64,000 nucleotides of DNA from Octopus vulgaris (GCA_951406725.2 OX597840.1:27590001-27654000); one strand, 5' to 3'. Shown: positions 28,840 to 43,451, counted from the stretch's first letter. Notes: generated by a model from the sequence alone, not told the origin. Numbers and translations are program-made.

Positions 28840-29313
28840 GAGACAGACAGATATGGATAGATCGATAGATAAATAGCTAGATAGATAATTGTAATTCCAC
28901 CGTGTTCTCTGTGAGAACTAAACTGTTTGGTTAATGAAACCATGTTATCGCTCCTGTTATCCCAGTGGGGGGCGGAGGACTTAAATATTTGGACAAATCA
29001 AAACATATGTATTTCCCGCGTTTTTACCGCCGGTCGTGTTTGTGGTAAGGAGTCGGGGGTTATAAATATTTTGGGCAAACCCCAGTAATTAGTTGGTCTT
29101 CATTTCATTTGTGGCGCTTTTATTAGCTGATTGCCGTTTATGTTTCGAAAATTGGTGTCGGGGGAAGACGTGAGGAGGCGGGGGTGGTGGTGGTGGCTCG
29201 AACGGGCTAGGGAGGAGCTGAGGCGCTGACCCTGTTTTTGTTCAGTGCTGGTGGGAATTTGAGATGTGACTAAATATCATCGTCCTATTTTACACACACA
29301 CAACACACACACG

Positions 29314-29355
<42 letters not shown>

Positions 29356-29833
29356 CGCGTGCGCAAATGAAAACACGTATGAATACACATACACCCACTA
29401 TCCAATATACATTCACAGTTCTACACCCACGTACTTAAACATCGACTCACACACACAGATTTACACACACACACACACACACATACACACACACACACAC
29501 GTACACACACATTCACACACAGACTTATTCCCAGAATCACGCACACACATATAAACACCTACACAGATTCTTTCTCATAATAACATATACATTCACGCAC
29601 ACACACGTATACACACACATACACACACACAAATGCACACTTACACAGACACGCACGCACGCACTCATGCATTCACAAACAGATTTACTCACACAATCAC
29701 ACACACACATATGAATACGCGCATACATTCACATACACACAAAAGCGATGATGCATACATTCACACACAATTTTACTCCCACAATAGCATATATACACAC
29801 ACACACAAACGCACACTCACACACAGGTAAGTT

Positions 29834-29891
<58 letters not shown>

Positions 29892-30574
29892 AGCACTCAC
29901 ATATATACACACGAAAAGATTTACCCACAGAATCGCACGCATACTTCTATACTTTGGTTCCGTCATTCACTCACACTCCCTGACTTACACACCCTTGGCA
30001 CTCACTCACTACCGCACTCCCTTACTCATTCACAGAATGACTGACGTGCATTGCCCCATGCTCCCTCCCTCACACTCACACTCCCGCCACTTCTTCTTCT
30101 TCTTCTTCTTCTTCTCTCTCTCTCTCTCTCTTAAACCGACTGACAAGCTTAGCAGGAAGTTAATTAAATCCCGAGAAAATTCATGAAAGCAAATCGTGCA
30201 ATAAATTAAATTGGATTGCTGACAACAACAACAACAATAACAACAACAACAACAACAACAACGGCAGCAACTACAACAACAACATCAACGACAGTGATAA
30301 CATAATCAGACAACCGGGCCTCAAGCCAGCCATCAAGCCAGCCGACCAGCCAGCAAGCCAGCCATACAGACGAACAGACGTGCAGAACAGCAGACAGAAA
30401 GACAGACAGGGAGGCCTTTTTTCTTTGCACAACGCTCTTCTTACCCTCATTACTAAGGAGCAAGGCATGACCGCCACGACATCAACCACCACCGCCACTT
30501 ATCGTCATCATCATCATCATCATCATTGTAACCACCACCCACCATGAGCAGCAGCAAATGAGAGAATTTGCCTC

Positions 30575-30792
30575 AGCCTGCTAAAAATAGCAGCCAAATC
30601 CATCTGAAATCTTATCTATATTTTATATTCAAAGAACTTTTTTTTATTTTTTTAATGGGAAGGACTTTTTAGATAATGTAGTCCTAGACGTATCATGATT
30701 GAATAAAAGATAGGTTGGTCCTGGCTGGAACGCCTTCAGTCATTAGCCTGCTTCATCAGAGAGTTTCTTTGTGATTAAACAGCAGCAGCAGC

Positions 30793-30826
<34 letters not shown>

Positions 30827-30952
30827 TACGCTGGACCTGCTAGAAACAGCAGCGAAATCATCCTGAGAAGAGACGGGGTGGTCATGGACAGAACGCCTTT
30901 GACCATAGATTTTCCTGGGTCGGTGCTGACCACGGGCTAAACAACAGCAACA
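30575..30952 (+). mobile_element. Old interspersed repeat ending in (CAA)n, two copies
   Basis: CTGCTAGAAA(T/C)AGCAGCCAAATC...CCTTTGATCATAG...GGGCTAAACAAC. Decayed relatives at about 10820, 41405, 53630-53910 and 58305. Confidence 0.65.
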
Positions 30953-31089
30953 ATCATCAATAATTGCTAGTATAAACCATTATCACTGCGACCACACCAC
31001 TACAACTACCACCCATACCATAATTTGGTCTATTGTAACAATAACAACCACTACTACAATAACAACATCACTAATTGCTTGCCTCAAAC

Positions 31090-31560
31090 TTCTAACATTA
31101 CCACCACCAACACTGCAACCTATACTGCAATATTCACTGACACCACCAACACCACGTCCTATACTGATTCACTGATACCACCAACACCACGTCCTATACT
31201 GCAATAAGAACTTTACCAGCACCACAACCTGCACGGCGATAATAGCTTCAAAATGACCACCAACACCACAACGTATACTGCAATAATAACTTCACTGATA
31301 CCACCAAAACTACAACCTATACTACAATAATAGATTCACTGACACCACCAACACCACGTCCTATACTGCAATAAGAACTTTAGTAACACTACAACCTGTA
31401 CGGCGATAATAACTTCAAAATGACCACCGACACCACAACGTATACTGCAATAATAACTTCACTGATACCACCACCAAAACTACAACCTATACTGCTAAAA
31501 TAATTTCTCTGACACTACCGACACTACGTCCAACACTGCAATAATAAGTTCGTCATCATC
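31090..31560. repeat. ~40-bp minisatellite with higher-order repeat
   Basis: About 11 units of TATACTGCAATAATAACTTCACTGACACCACCAACACCAC; the variant order recurs. Confidence 0.85.
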
Positions 31561-31884
31561 ACTACTAACACTACTACCTATACTACAATGATAACTTTAC
31601 CACCACCACCACCACCACCACCACCACCACCACCACCACCACCACCACCACCACCACCACCACCACCACCACCATCACCACCACCACCACCACCACTACT
31701 ACTACTATCGCCAGCACAATATTAATCACCCCCGCCACCATCATTACCGCCACGGCACCACCGTTTTTAGCAATAACAATGTCATTAATTGCCTGCATAC
31801 GCCATTAACCTCTCCACAACCGCCACCCACATCGATGCTGTTTTCCAGTACAACTAAAAGAACAAGAACAAGAACAACAATATA

Positions 31885-32513
31885 GCATCATACACACACA
31901 TATACACAAATATATATATATACATATATAAGCATATATACATATACACACGTATATACAACAAACATATATATACAAGCATATATACACATATATACAC
32001 AAATATATACAACAAACATATATACGCATATATACATATACACACGACAAACATATCTACACATATATACACACATATATATATACATATACAACGAACA
32101 TATATACACACATACATACATTTTTACACAACAGTCATATATACACATATATACATATATACACAAGAAATATATCTACACATATATACATAAATAACAC
32201 ACATACACACATACAACAAACATATATATATATACATATATAAGCATATACATTTATATACACGTATATACAACAAACATATATATAATATATATAAAGC
32301 ATATATGCACATATATACACAAATATATGCAACAAACATATATACACATATATACATATATACACAACAAACATATATACACATATATACATATATACAC
32401 AACAAACATATCTACATATATATACATATACGACAAATATATATACACACATACATACATTTTAACACAATCATATATACACATATATACATAAATAACA
32501 CACATACACACAT

Positions 32514-32551
<38 letters not shown>

Positions 32552-32790
32552 TAAGCATATACATTTATATACAACAAACATATATATAATATATATAAAG
32601 CATATATGCACATATATACACAAATATATACAACAAACATATATACACATTTATACATATATACACAAGAAATATATCTACACATATATACATATCTACA
32701 CATATATGCATATATACGGCAAACATATATACACACATACATACATTTTTACACAACAAACATATATACACATATATACACAAATAACAG
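31885..32790. repeat. Complex AC/AT-derived satellite with duplicated blocks
   Basis: Repeated AACAAACATATATACAC units and larger duplicated segments. Confidence 0.85.
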
Positions 32791-33099
32791 ACATACACAC
32801 AAACATCTTATTACACACCGCGCCCTTACACATCCATGCTTCACAATTCTCCCATCTTTTTTCTCTTAGCTGGCCACCATCTTAACATATTGTTTACCGC
32901 CACCACAACCACAACCACCACCACCACCACCACCACCACCACCACCCTCACTACCCCACTACCCACATTGTTTGGTAAGATGTGTGGGTGGTGCTGGTGC
33001 TGGTAGTGGTGGTGTTAATCGGAACAATTATAGGTGGGGGAGGTGATGGTATGGCACAGTAAAGGAGGAGGCGAGAGTCGTGCTGAAGATGGTGTTGGC

Positions 33100-33745
33100 G
33101 GAGGTGGAGGATGGTGGTGGTGGTGGTGAAAGTGGTGGCTGTATTGGTGGTGGTGGTGGTGAAAGTGGTGGCTGTATTGGTGGTGGTAGTAGCGGTGGTG
33201 GACGTGATGATGGTGATGGTGAAAGTAGTGGCGGTTGTAGTCTTAGTTGTGATGCTGGTGGTGGTGGTGGTGGCAGTGGTGGTGGCGGTTTAATCAAGAT
33301 TGTTGTAGTGGTGGTGGTGTATGATGGTTGTGGTGGTGGTAGTTGCGATGGTGGTGGTGGTGGCGGTTTAGCGAAGATTGTTGCAGTGGTGGTGGTTGTG
33401 GGTTGCGGTGGAAGAAGTGATGATGATGGTGGTGGTAGTGATACTGCTTATGACGTTTGTGGTGGTGGTGGTGGTGGTGGTTTAATCAAGATTGTTGTAG
33501 TGGTGGTGTTAGTGGTGGCGGCTGTAGTCTTAGTTGTGATGCTGGTGGTGGTGGTGGTGGTGGTGGTGGCAGTGGTGGTGGCGGTTTAATCAAGATTGTT
33601 GTAGTGGTGGCGGTTGTAGTCTTAGTTGTGATGCTGGTTGTTGTGGCGGTGGTGGTAGTTGTGATAATTTTGATGGTGGTGGTGGTGGTGGTGGTGGTGG
33701 TGGTAGTGATGATTTTGATGGTAGTGGTGGTGGCGGTGGTTGTGT
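33100..33745. repeat. (GGT)n-derived higher-order repeat
   Basis: Recurrent TTAATCAAGATTGTTGTAGTGGTGG and GTAGTCTTAGTTGTGATGCTGG spacers. Confidence 0.85.
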
Positions 33746-34724
33746 TGACAGTTATGGTCGTTTATCCATGATTGTAGTGGTAGCGGTGGTATTTTTGTTG
33801 ACGGTGTTGTGCCGCTGGCAACGTCGGTGGTGGTGCGCTGGTGGGGGTAGTGGAGCTGATGGTAGCGGTGGTGGCAGTGGCAGAGGTGGTGGTTGTGGCG
33901 GCGGCGATGGTGGTAGAAGCCATGTTAATGCTGCAGCAACCAGCGTTGACAGTCTCAGTTGTTATAATCCGGGAATCAATTACTCTGCCTCGGGCCATGA
34001 CACACACTCATTAGCAGCAATTTTCCCTGTGGTTTACTGTCCCTTTCTCTATATATATGTATATATCTCAGCGTGCGTCTGTGTGTGTGTTTTGGGTGTC
34101 TGCTGTGTATACACACGCAGTTTTGTTTACGTCTGTGACAATTATCGCCCTTTCTCTTGAACTCTCCCAACCTCCGTGCCGTGCAAATCGTTTACGTATG
34201 TGTATGTGTGTGTATGTAGTGCATATCTGTGTGTGACTGTGTGTGTGTGTGTGTGTGTGTTCGTGGTGTGTATAATGTATACGTGTGTGTGTGTGTGTTC
34301 GTGGTGTGTATAATGTATACGTGTGTGTGTGTGTGTGGTGTGTATAGTGTATACGTGTGTGTCTGTGTGTTGTGTGTTCGTGGTGTGTATAATGTATACG
34401 TGTGTGTGTGTGTGTGGATGCTTGGTGTGTATGCGTTTGCTTGTATATGCTTAGTGTGTGTGTGTGTGTTTGGTGCTTGTTTATGCTTAGTTTTTGTGTG
34501 TGTGTCTATCTGACATGGTGGATGTGTGTGCGCATATTTGAGTGATGTATTTGTGTGTATGTATGTTCCAACGTTTACACACACACACACACACACACAC
34601 ACTAATAGTTGCATCCTTTTGCCGAAACTTTCTGTGCATTTCTTCCTGCACACACATGAATACAAAAACGCATGCATGCACATGCATGAATGCATACATT
34701 TGTACACACCTACATATTCATATA

Positions 34725-34766
<42 letters not shown>

Positions 34767-34767
<1 letters not shown>

Positions 34768-34903
34768 TTTATTTTAAGCAGCAGAAAATTCAACAAAATC
34801 TGTTACTCTGAGTTTCTCGTTGCCGTTAAAAACTGTCTGATGAACGGCAACGAGAAACTCAGAGTAACAGATTTTGTTGAATTTTCTGCTGCTTAAAATA
34901 AAG
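34767..34903. repeat. Perfect 61-bp inverted repeat with a 15-nt spacer
   Basis: 34767-34827 is the exact reverse complement of 34843-34903. Confidence 0.95.
34833..34870 (+). ncRNA. Minimal type I hammerhead ribozyme-like motif (Penelope-type)
   Basis: CTGT-CTGATGA-ACGGCAACGA-GAAA-CTCAGAG-TA-ACAG: stem I CTGT/ACAG, intact core boxes, near-palindromic stem III, GUA cleavage triplet. The base of stem II is mismatched. Confidence 0.6.
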
Positions 34904-34972
34904 CATATTACTCTACCACTGGTATTTGAGTACTCTTTTTTCCGCCTTGTTTCACATTTATGTGTTTACTCC

Positions 34973-35025
<53 letters not shown>

Positions 35026-35108
35026 TACCACACATATATAGGCTATATACATACACACGCACCCGGATATATAGATAGATAGATAAATAAATAGATAGAT
35101 AGATAGAT

Positions 35109-35194
<86 letters not shown>

Positions 35195-35571
35195 GTATGT
35201 AGCTTATCTGACAGCATAAAAGCCGCACTGGGGTATTAGATGCACCCCCAAAGTCAGCGGTTCACATTCAAGAAAAGATATTTTATTGTATTAAAATTTA
35301 TGGAAGTCCCAGCTTCATATTTAGGAACCGGGACGATTTTCGGAGACATGGTTTCCGAAGAAAATTATTTCTTATACACCATCAAATAAGTATTGTATAC
35401 GTGTTTTGTATATATGTATGTTTGTGTGTGAATTTTTTGTATGTCTGTATATGTGTGTATGCATTGCATACATGTATGTATTGTACGTATGTATGTTTTG
35501 TATGTATATATATATTGCATGTATGTATGTATGTATGTATGTATGTATGTATGTTTTGTATGTTTGTTCTT

Positions 35572-35920
35572 TCATTCTTTTATTTGTCTCAATCATTTGA
35601 CAGCGGCCATGCTGGAGCACCGCTTTGAATGGTTTTAGTCGAACAAATCGACTCCAGGACTTATTTTTCTTTAGCCGAGTACTCATTCTATCTGTTTCTT
35701 TTGTCGAATCGCTATGTTATGGGGACGTAAACATACCCACCTCGGTTCTCAAGCTGTGATAGTAGGTGGGGTGGGGCAAGAAACATAAACGCAAAGACAC
35801 ACATACATAAAGATATATCACACACACACACACACAAGTGGCAAGTGTCTTCTACTATGGCTTTGGGCTGACCAAATACTTGTAAGTGGATTTGGGAGAC
35901 AGAAACTGAAAGAAGCCTGT

Positions 35921-35922
<2 letters not shown>
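35572..35922. mobile_element. SINE family B fragments (3' half on minus; head-side piece inverted on plus at 35840-35922)
   Basis: Matches to 39664-40083 in opposite orientations. Confidence 0.78.
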
Positions 35923-35974
<52 letters not shown>

Positions 35975-36446
35975 TGTGTGTGTGTGATATATTTATATGT
36001 ATGTGAATGGATAGATGGATGGATGGCTGTCTGGTTGGATGTATTCCACCTCAACACCTGTCTGTCTTAATAAGGAAAGAAAATAAAATTTAACGTGAAC
36101 TGTGAAGAAATTCCAAACAAAGGATCAACTACCATCATCCCCCCCACCACCACCACAACCACCACCACCACCACTACTGTAGAAGATTTTAATGAAGAGA
36201 ATCGTAATAGCATAGTTTCACCCATGCACACCTGCCTATTCGAATAGGTGTGACCCGTAAATATCACGACTGATCCCACCTAAAAAAATCTAATTAGTTG
36301 TTGTTGATTCCCAGATCAATTCTAAAATAACGAAACCTTTACCTGAAATACTGAACAGCGACAACAGTAACAAATGGACTAATTGGTTTTTGAGGATTAA
36401 TTAATGAAGCATATTTTAGAATTTACATACAGCGGTGGAAATTATA

Positions 36447-36595
36447 AGCGGCGAGCTAGAAGAATCGTTAGCTCATCGGATGGAATGATTAGTGATGTTT
36501 CTTACAACGCTTTAGTTTTTGAGTTCAAGTCCGGCCGAGGTCAACTTTGCCTTTCATCCTTTCTAGATCGATCAAATAAAGTACCATCAAAAGTT
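36447..36595 (+). mobile_element. SINE family A, diverged partial copy
   Basis: GCGGCGAGCTAGAAGAATCGTTAGC...CTTTGCCTTTCATCCTTT. Confidence 0.8.
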
Positions 36596-36651
36596 GACGA
36601 ATGGCACACCTCGTTCATTCATACAGCCACGCCTGAGCATACATGCATATC

Positions 36652-36948
36652 ACGTGACCGACCAGGCTATCAAATGTTGCTACACATCGCTGGTCACAAC
36701 GCGCTTCGCATTGCCTTCAAATGACGCCACACCGCTGGCTAAGCGAGCAGGTCAACAGAAGAAAGAGTTAGAGAAAGTCGTGGCGAAATGGTACAGCAAG
36801 GATTGCCACCACCCCCTGCCGGAGACTCGTGGAGCTTTTTTTAGGTGTTTTCGCTCAATAAACACTCACAACGCCCGGTCTGGGAATCGAAACCGCGATC
36901 CTACGACCGCGTGTCCGCTGCCCTAACCACTGGACCATTGCGCCTCCA
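36652..36948 (-). mobile_element. SINE family C, near full length
   Basis: Collinear with 420-717; A and B boxes on the minus strand. Confidence 0.9.
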
Positions 36949-37534
36949 CATACTTGCATGAGATCACATCGAAGAGCAAGATTTCAATTTTTATGAACTG
37001 ATCAGAAAGGAATTCAGTTAACAAAATACACGTTTCCTTCAGTTAAGAATCTCCTGGTTATACTAACTCTGGAATTGTATTCAGTAAACCATTTTTTTCC
37101 GTGAATTTTTCAGGAATATATGAACTAAAACTTACTCTGCCAACACATGCAATGGTACTTTAAGCATAAAACTTAAAACTGAAGACATTTCTGTGAAAGC
37201 ATATTTCATATCTTAATTCTCAAATGTGTGTAGAGGAAAAGAGATAATTTAAAGGAGTGTATTAAACATTCAATTCACTGGTACTTCATTTGAATACCAT
37301 ATAAAAATGGGTATTTATATAAATATAAAAATGGGTAGGACGCAATTACAAAGATAAATTAAATAGAAAGATACCAGTGACAATCCCAATAATTTATTTA
37401 TATCATAATATTACATGATATACTATGAATATAATAATATTATATAATATAAACAATTATTAAAAAGACAAAAAGGCCAACAAATTGTTTCGACTTATAT
37501 ACATTTTCTGATATATATGTAAAATAACAGTTTC

Positions 37535-37591
<57 letters not shown>

Positions 37592-37592
<1 letters not shown>

Positions 37593-37758
37593 CGACGGCC
37601 TTCTTTCAAATTCCGTTTACCAAATTCACTCATAAGGATTTGATAGGCCGCAAGGCTATAGTAGAAGACACTTGCCCAAGGTGCAAAGCAGTGGGACTGA
37701 ACCCGGAACCATGTGGTTCGTAAGCAAGCGACTTACCACACAGCCACTCCTGCGCCTA
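37592..37758 (-). mobile_element. SINE family B, 5' half
   Basis: Reverse of GGCGCAGGAGTGGCTGTGTGGTAAG...GAAAGAAGGCCGTCG. Confidence 0.88.
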
Positions 37759-37894
37759 TAAGTATATATACATACATATATATATGTATATATATGTATA
37801 TATAATTATAATTATTATTATTATTATCATTATTATTATTACTATTATTATTATTACTATTATTACTATTTGATTGAACACCATGCATCCAGTT

Positions 37895-37975
<81 letters not shown>

Positions 37976-38675
37976 TTCGCATAGTGGTGCATACACATCC
38001 TCTTATATAACCAGGGTGGTGCTGTGGATTCTTACGATTCTTCTATATCTGTGTATGTATGGTCTTCTATGCACATGCATATATATACATATATACACAT
38101 GCATACATGTACGTTATACATTATATAAGCTCCTACGTCTGCGTCTGTCCGTATTCATGCAGACAGTTCTGTTAACTCTGTTTTCATTGAAGGAAGCCCA
38201 AAAACCACCTGCCTACAGACGAGAAATACTTTGACCGGAAACGGAAATCGGGGAAGACCAAGCGACAAAGAAAGATCGATTGAACGAGGAAAATGAATTC
38301 CGACATTGGTAATGGCGTACAGAGAATACTTGCAGCTGGTTCTTCCAGCGAACTTGATGGAGAAATAGAAAGATCGATGGAAAGTTGTATAGATGGATGG
38401 ATGGATGGATGGTTAGAGAGTTGTTCGGATGTATAGACGGATGGCTATTTGGTCAAGCAGATGCAACTATAAATGTTTGGTTTGCAAGTTTTCCTTCTCC
38501 ACCACGTGGATGCTGGATGGAATCGGTAAGCCAGGCTTGCAGCAACGTTCTGCAGTTGTTGTCTGTGACTAGCGTCGCCGAACGCCTGCCTCTGCGAGGA
38601 AACTGCGGTTCAGCAAAAGAATACGCGAAAAAAAAAAATTGCTATAAATATATATACACACACAAACACACACAC

Positions 38676-38740
<65 letters not shown>

Positions 38741-38987
38741 TTGCACACACACATACACACACATACACATGCGCACAAACGTACAAACACACACATACCA
38801 ATTTTCCATGTATATATTCCTCTCTACATATTTATACATGTGTCTATGTGTTTATTTAATCTCTGTCTTTCTCCCTCCCCCTTTCTCTGTCACTCTCTCT
38901 CACTCTCTATGTTTGTATATATATATATATATATATAAGAGAATGTATATCATGTATATCGATTTAATTATCTATCTATATGTATTC

Positions 38988-39060
<73 letters not shown>

Positions 39061-39216
39061 TATAGATAGATAGATATAAATATGTATATATATATATACA
39101 AATGTATATATATATATAATGTATATATGTATATACAAATATTGAGAGAGAAAGACGGGGGAGAAAAAGAGTGATGTATATATATATATATATATATGTA
39201 AATGCATAAATGTATA

Positions 39217-39279
<63 letters not shown>

Positions 39280-39553
39280 GTGTTTAAATATATAAAGCCA
39301 TATATAAAGAAGTATATATGTAAGTATGTATATGTGTGTGTGTATGTTGGTGTATATATATATATATATATATATATAGATAGATAGAGAGAGGGAGACG
39401 TATATAGGGACAGTAACAATTACAGTATATATATTTTTAAATACATGTTATACGTTCCAGCATTTATATATGAACATGTATGTACATTTGTGTGTGCGCA
39501 TGCATTTCTATGCGCATGTATATATGCTTGAATGTATAGCATATATTTAAGAA

Positions 39554-39584
<31 letters not shown>

Positions 39585-39589
39585 CTGTT

Positions 39590-39639
<50 letters not shown>

Positions 39640-39663
39640 TTGATAGATAGATAGATAGACATA

Positions 39664-40083
39664 GGCGCAGGAGTGGCTGTGTGGTAAGTAGCTTGTTTAC
39701 CAACCACATGGTTCCGGGTTCAGTTCTACTGCGTGGCATCTTGGGCAAGTGTCTTCTACTATAGCCCCGGGCCGACCAATGCCTTGTGAGTGGATTTGGT
39801 AGACGGAAACTGAAAGAAGCCCGTCGTATATATGTATATATATATATATATATATGCGTGTGTGTGTTTGTGCGTCTGTGTTAGTCCCCGTAGCATTGCT
39901 TGACAACCGATGCTGGTGTGTTTATGTCCCCGTTACTTAGCGGTTCGGCAAAAGAGACCGATCGAATAAGTACTGGGCTTACAAAAGAATAAGTCCCGGG
40001 GTCGAGTTGCTCGATTAAAGGCGGTGCTCCAGCATGGCCGCAGTCAAATGACTGAAACAAGTAAAAGAGTAAAAGAGTAAAGA
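39664..40083 (+). mobile_element. SINE family B, full-length reference copy with internal (TA)n(TG)n
   Basis: tRNA-like head (TGGCTGTGTGG, GGTTCAGTTC), CTTGGGCAAGTG core, internal microsatellite, 3' stem-loop CAGTCAAATGACTG and (GTAAAAGA)n tail. Confidence 0.93.
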
Positions 40084-40232
40084 GAGAGTATAGATATAGA
40101 TATACTTGTATACATATATAATTTTTGTCCCTTTTTTATCTGCACCTACCTATCTCTCCCTTATTATCTCATTCATTCATTCACATATACACCAATCACC
40201 AAAATAAATTAATCAAAACACAAGTAAATGTA

Positions 40233-40263
<31 letters not shown>

Positions 40264-40365
40264 ATATAGATAGATATGTTTCTTTATTAGCCACACAGGG
40301 CTGCACACAGATAGAACAAATTACAAGGTAGAGCTTTTCTTTTGAATGTTTAAAAAAAAAAAAAA

Positions 40366-40421
<56 letters not shown>

Positions 40422-40990
40422 ATAGTTATGCATAGTCCTACATACACACATATGATATATATATTGATATATATAGATATGGATATACATTTACTTGTGT
40501 TTTGATTAATTTATTTTGGTGATTGGTGTATATGTGAATGAATGAATGAGATAATAAGGGAGAGATAGGTAGGTGCAGATAAAAAAGGGACAAAAATTAG
40601 GGAGGAGTAATCACGGAGCGCACAAAAAGAATATTTCTTGCTCGATTTAAGCTGAAAAGAGAAGAAATGGTGACCGAAAAATATAAGATGTTGATGGGGC
40701 ATGTCTGGGAAGGAATTTTGTGATTTTTTTTTGGGGGGGGGGGGGGTTGTTGTGGGGTACATTCAAAAAGGGACAGAAAATTGCTTGCCCCATTTCGTAA
40801 GGTTTACTGGGGCTGCTTGGATTTGCTTTCTTCGATTGTTTTGATCCCTGTTATCATTACAACAACAACAATAGTAATAATAACGGGTGCATTTACCTAA
40901 CCATCACATACGACACTACCGCCACCACCACCAACACCACCACTATCAACCACCACCACCACCACCACCACCACCACCACCACCACCACC

Positions 40991-41022
<32 letters not shown>

Positions 41023-42023
41023 CAACAACAACACCAACACCACCTTCACGACGACGACGACCACCACCACCACCGCCGCCATCACCACCACCACCATCAC
41101 CACCACAACCACAACCACAACCACGACCACGACCACCTCCACCATCATCACCACCACCACTACCACCACCACCACCAACAGTAGCAAAAATGCTCACAAT
41201 TGCCCCACAATGGTGGAGGCCACAAATGCCACACTGACAGAGGCACACACACACACACACACACATTCACCAACACCGCCGCCGCCACTACGAACAACAA
41301 CTATAACAAACGACAGTCGCATTTATACAGCATTCGCTACCACCACAACCACCATTACCACAAAAAATAAAAGCAAAAATAACGAGGGTATTTAACGGCG
41401 GTACTTGGCATGCTAGAAAGAGCAGCCAAACAGTCCTTAAATTACTCCTAACACTATTTTTACAGAGAAGGAAATGAATCATTAGATAGGGTAGTCATAC
41501 ATGGTTCTCTCTTTTTGGAAAGGCAGTGATGTCACGGTTGGATCTACCTTTGATCATATGTCTTGCTCGGTCATGATTGACGACCTAGGGTTATAGAACA
41601 ACACCCCGCGGCACAACACAAAACAGCAACAATAGAAATTATGATAGTCACATCAACCATAAACAATTACAATAACAAGCAGAACAACAACAACGAAGAC
41701 GATAATCACGTCGATAACAACGACGATAACAAAGGCGAAGATGGCAAAAAAAAAGACAAAATGGCGACGACAATAAAAAGGGAAGAAAAAGCGGAAGTCG
41801 TTGTTACATTGGTAGAAACGTTATACAGTGTGAGGGGAATACCGGATGTAGTTCAGTCCCTTTGTACGTTTGGATTGAAATCTGGCCAAGGTTTGAAGTA
41901 ATCACAAAGGCCAGAAATAGGGGAGACACTTAAATTAGGGACTGGAGAACGAATGCGATGTACATATTGACGGCGAAACAAATGGAGATTAGGTTTACAA
42001 CTGAGACACACATGCACACAAAT

Positions 42024-42079
<56 letters not shown>

Positions 42080-42139
42080 GTATATATATACAATATATAT
42101 AAATATATATATGTATATATACATATGTATATACATATA

Positions 42140-42211
<72 letters not shown>

Positions 42212-42415
42212 TGTATATGTATATATATGTGTATGTATATATATATATGTGTATGTGTATATATATATATATATATATAAACAAACCTATATATACATAG
42301 ATAGATAGAGAGAAGAGAGATAGATATAGATATGTATATATATGTATATACATAACGTATATCTATCTATGTAAATATCAACTACCATGCATGCATGTAT
42401 GTGTGGATGTGTGTA

Positions 42416-42630
42416 TTTTTCATCTTTTACTTGCTTTAGTCATTTGACTGCGGCCATGCTGGGGCACCGGCTTGAAGAAATTTTCGTCGAATGAATTGAT
42501 CCCAGTACTTTTCTTTAAGCTTTGTTCTATCGGGTCGCTTTTGCACAAGCCGCTATGTCACGGAGATGATATAAACACACCAACACCGGTTGTGGGGGTG
42601 GAGTGGGGGATGGAGGCAAACATAGACACA
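42416..42630 (-). mobile_element. SINE family B, 3' half
   Basis: AGTCATTTGACTGCGGCCATGCTGG is the reverse tail. Confidence 0.8.
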
Positions 42631-42717
42631 CGTACACACACACACACACACACGCACACACATAGAGAACACCACCTGATTTCCTTGCAAAACAATCAGA
42701 CGCCGACATCAGCATTC

Positions 42718-42749
<32 letters not shown>

Positions 42750-42848
42750 CACCACCACTACCACCGCCACCACTACTACTAATACTACTACTACTATTAC
42801 TACTACTTCTACTACTACCAACACCACCACTACTATCACCAACACCAG

Positions 42849-42906
<58 letters not shown>

Positions 42907-43451
42907 CACTACTGCTACAGCATCGTTAAGAAGGAAGACAGTTCCAAACAGCATAACTAACTGTTAATAACTGCTATTATCCTACAATTATGGGGACAAC
43001 CACAATAGGAAGTGATGGCGGCATTGTAGACGTAAACAGCAGCCATAGCAACAACAACAACAACACGAACAATGTATAATAATGATTGCTAAGATATAAC
43101 AACTACCACCACCACCACCACCACCGTCTTCACCACCATCGCCGCCGCTATCATATTCACAATCGTCGTTACTATCATTCTGCCCTAACGTCATCGTTAC
43201 TACCATGACCACCACCACGAAGAACAACAACAATAACAGCAATAACCACCCTGGTCTCCAGTGCATCCTTCACCACTACGATCACCACCGCCACTATTAG
43301 CAACAACAGCAACAATTGGGGCTGTCTTCGGCGCCAAAACTGCTTTCCCCTTAGTTGCCATCTCAGTGGTGTTCATCGTTACCATGGGTCTGTCCCCAAC
43401 GCTACCACTACTATGAAGAAGGAGGGGAAGAAGAAGAAGAGGAAGAAGAAG

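Noticed and set aside
31090-31560. Regularly spaced repeats as a possible CRISPR array
   Set aside because: The units are tandem without unique spacers, there are no cas genes, and the context is eukaryotic.
33080-33771. Gly-rich ORF resembling a structural protein
   Set aside because: Derived from a (GGT)n higher-order repeat; it drifts into poly-Val and other frames are equally open.
38385-39029. 214-aa ORF
   Set aside because: Non-ATG start, runs through (CT)n/(CA)n/(TA)n repeats, and has no recognisable domain.
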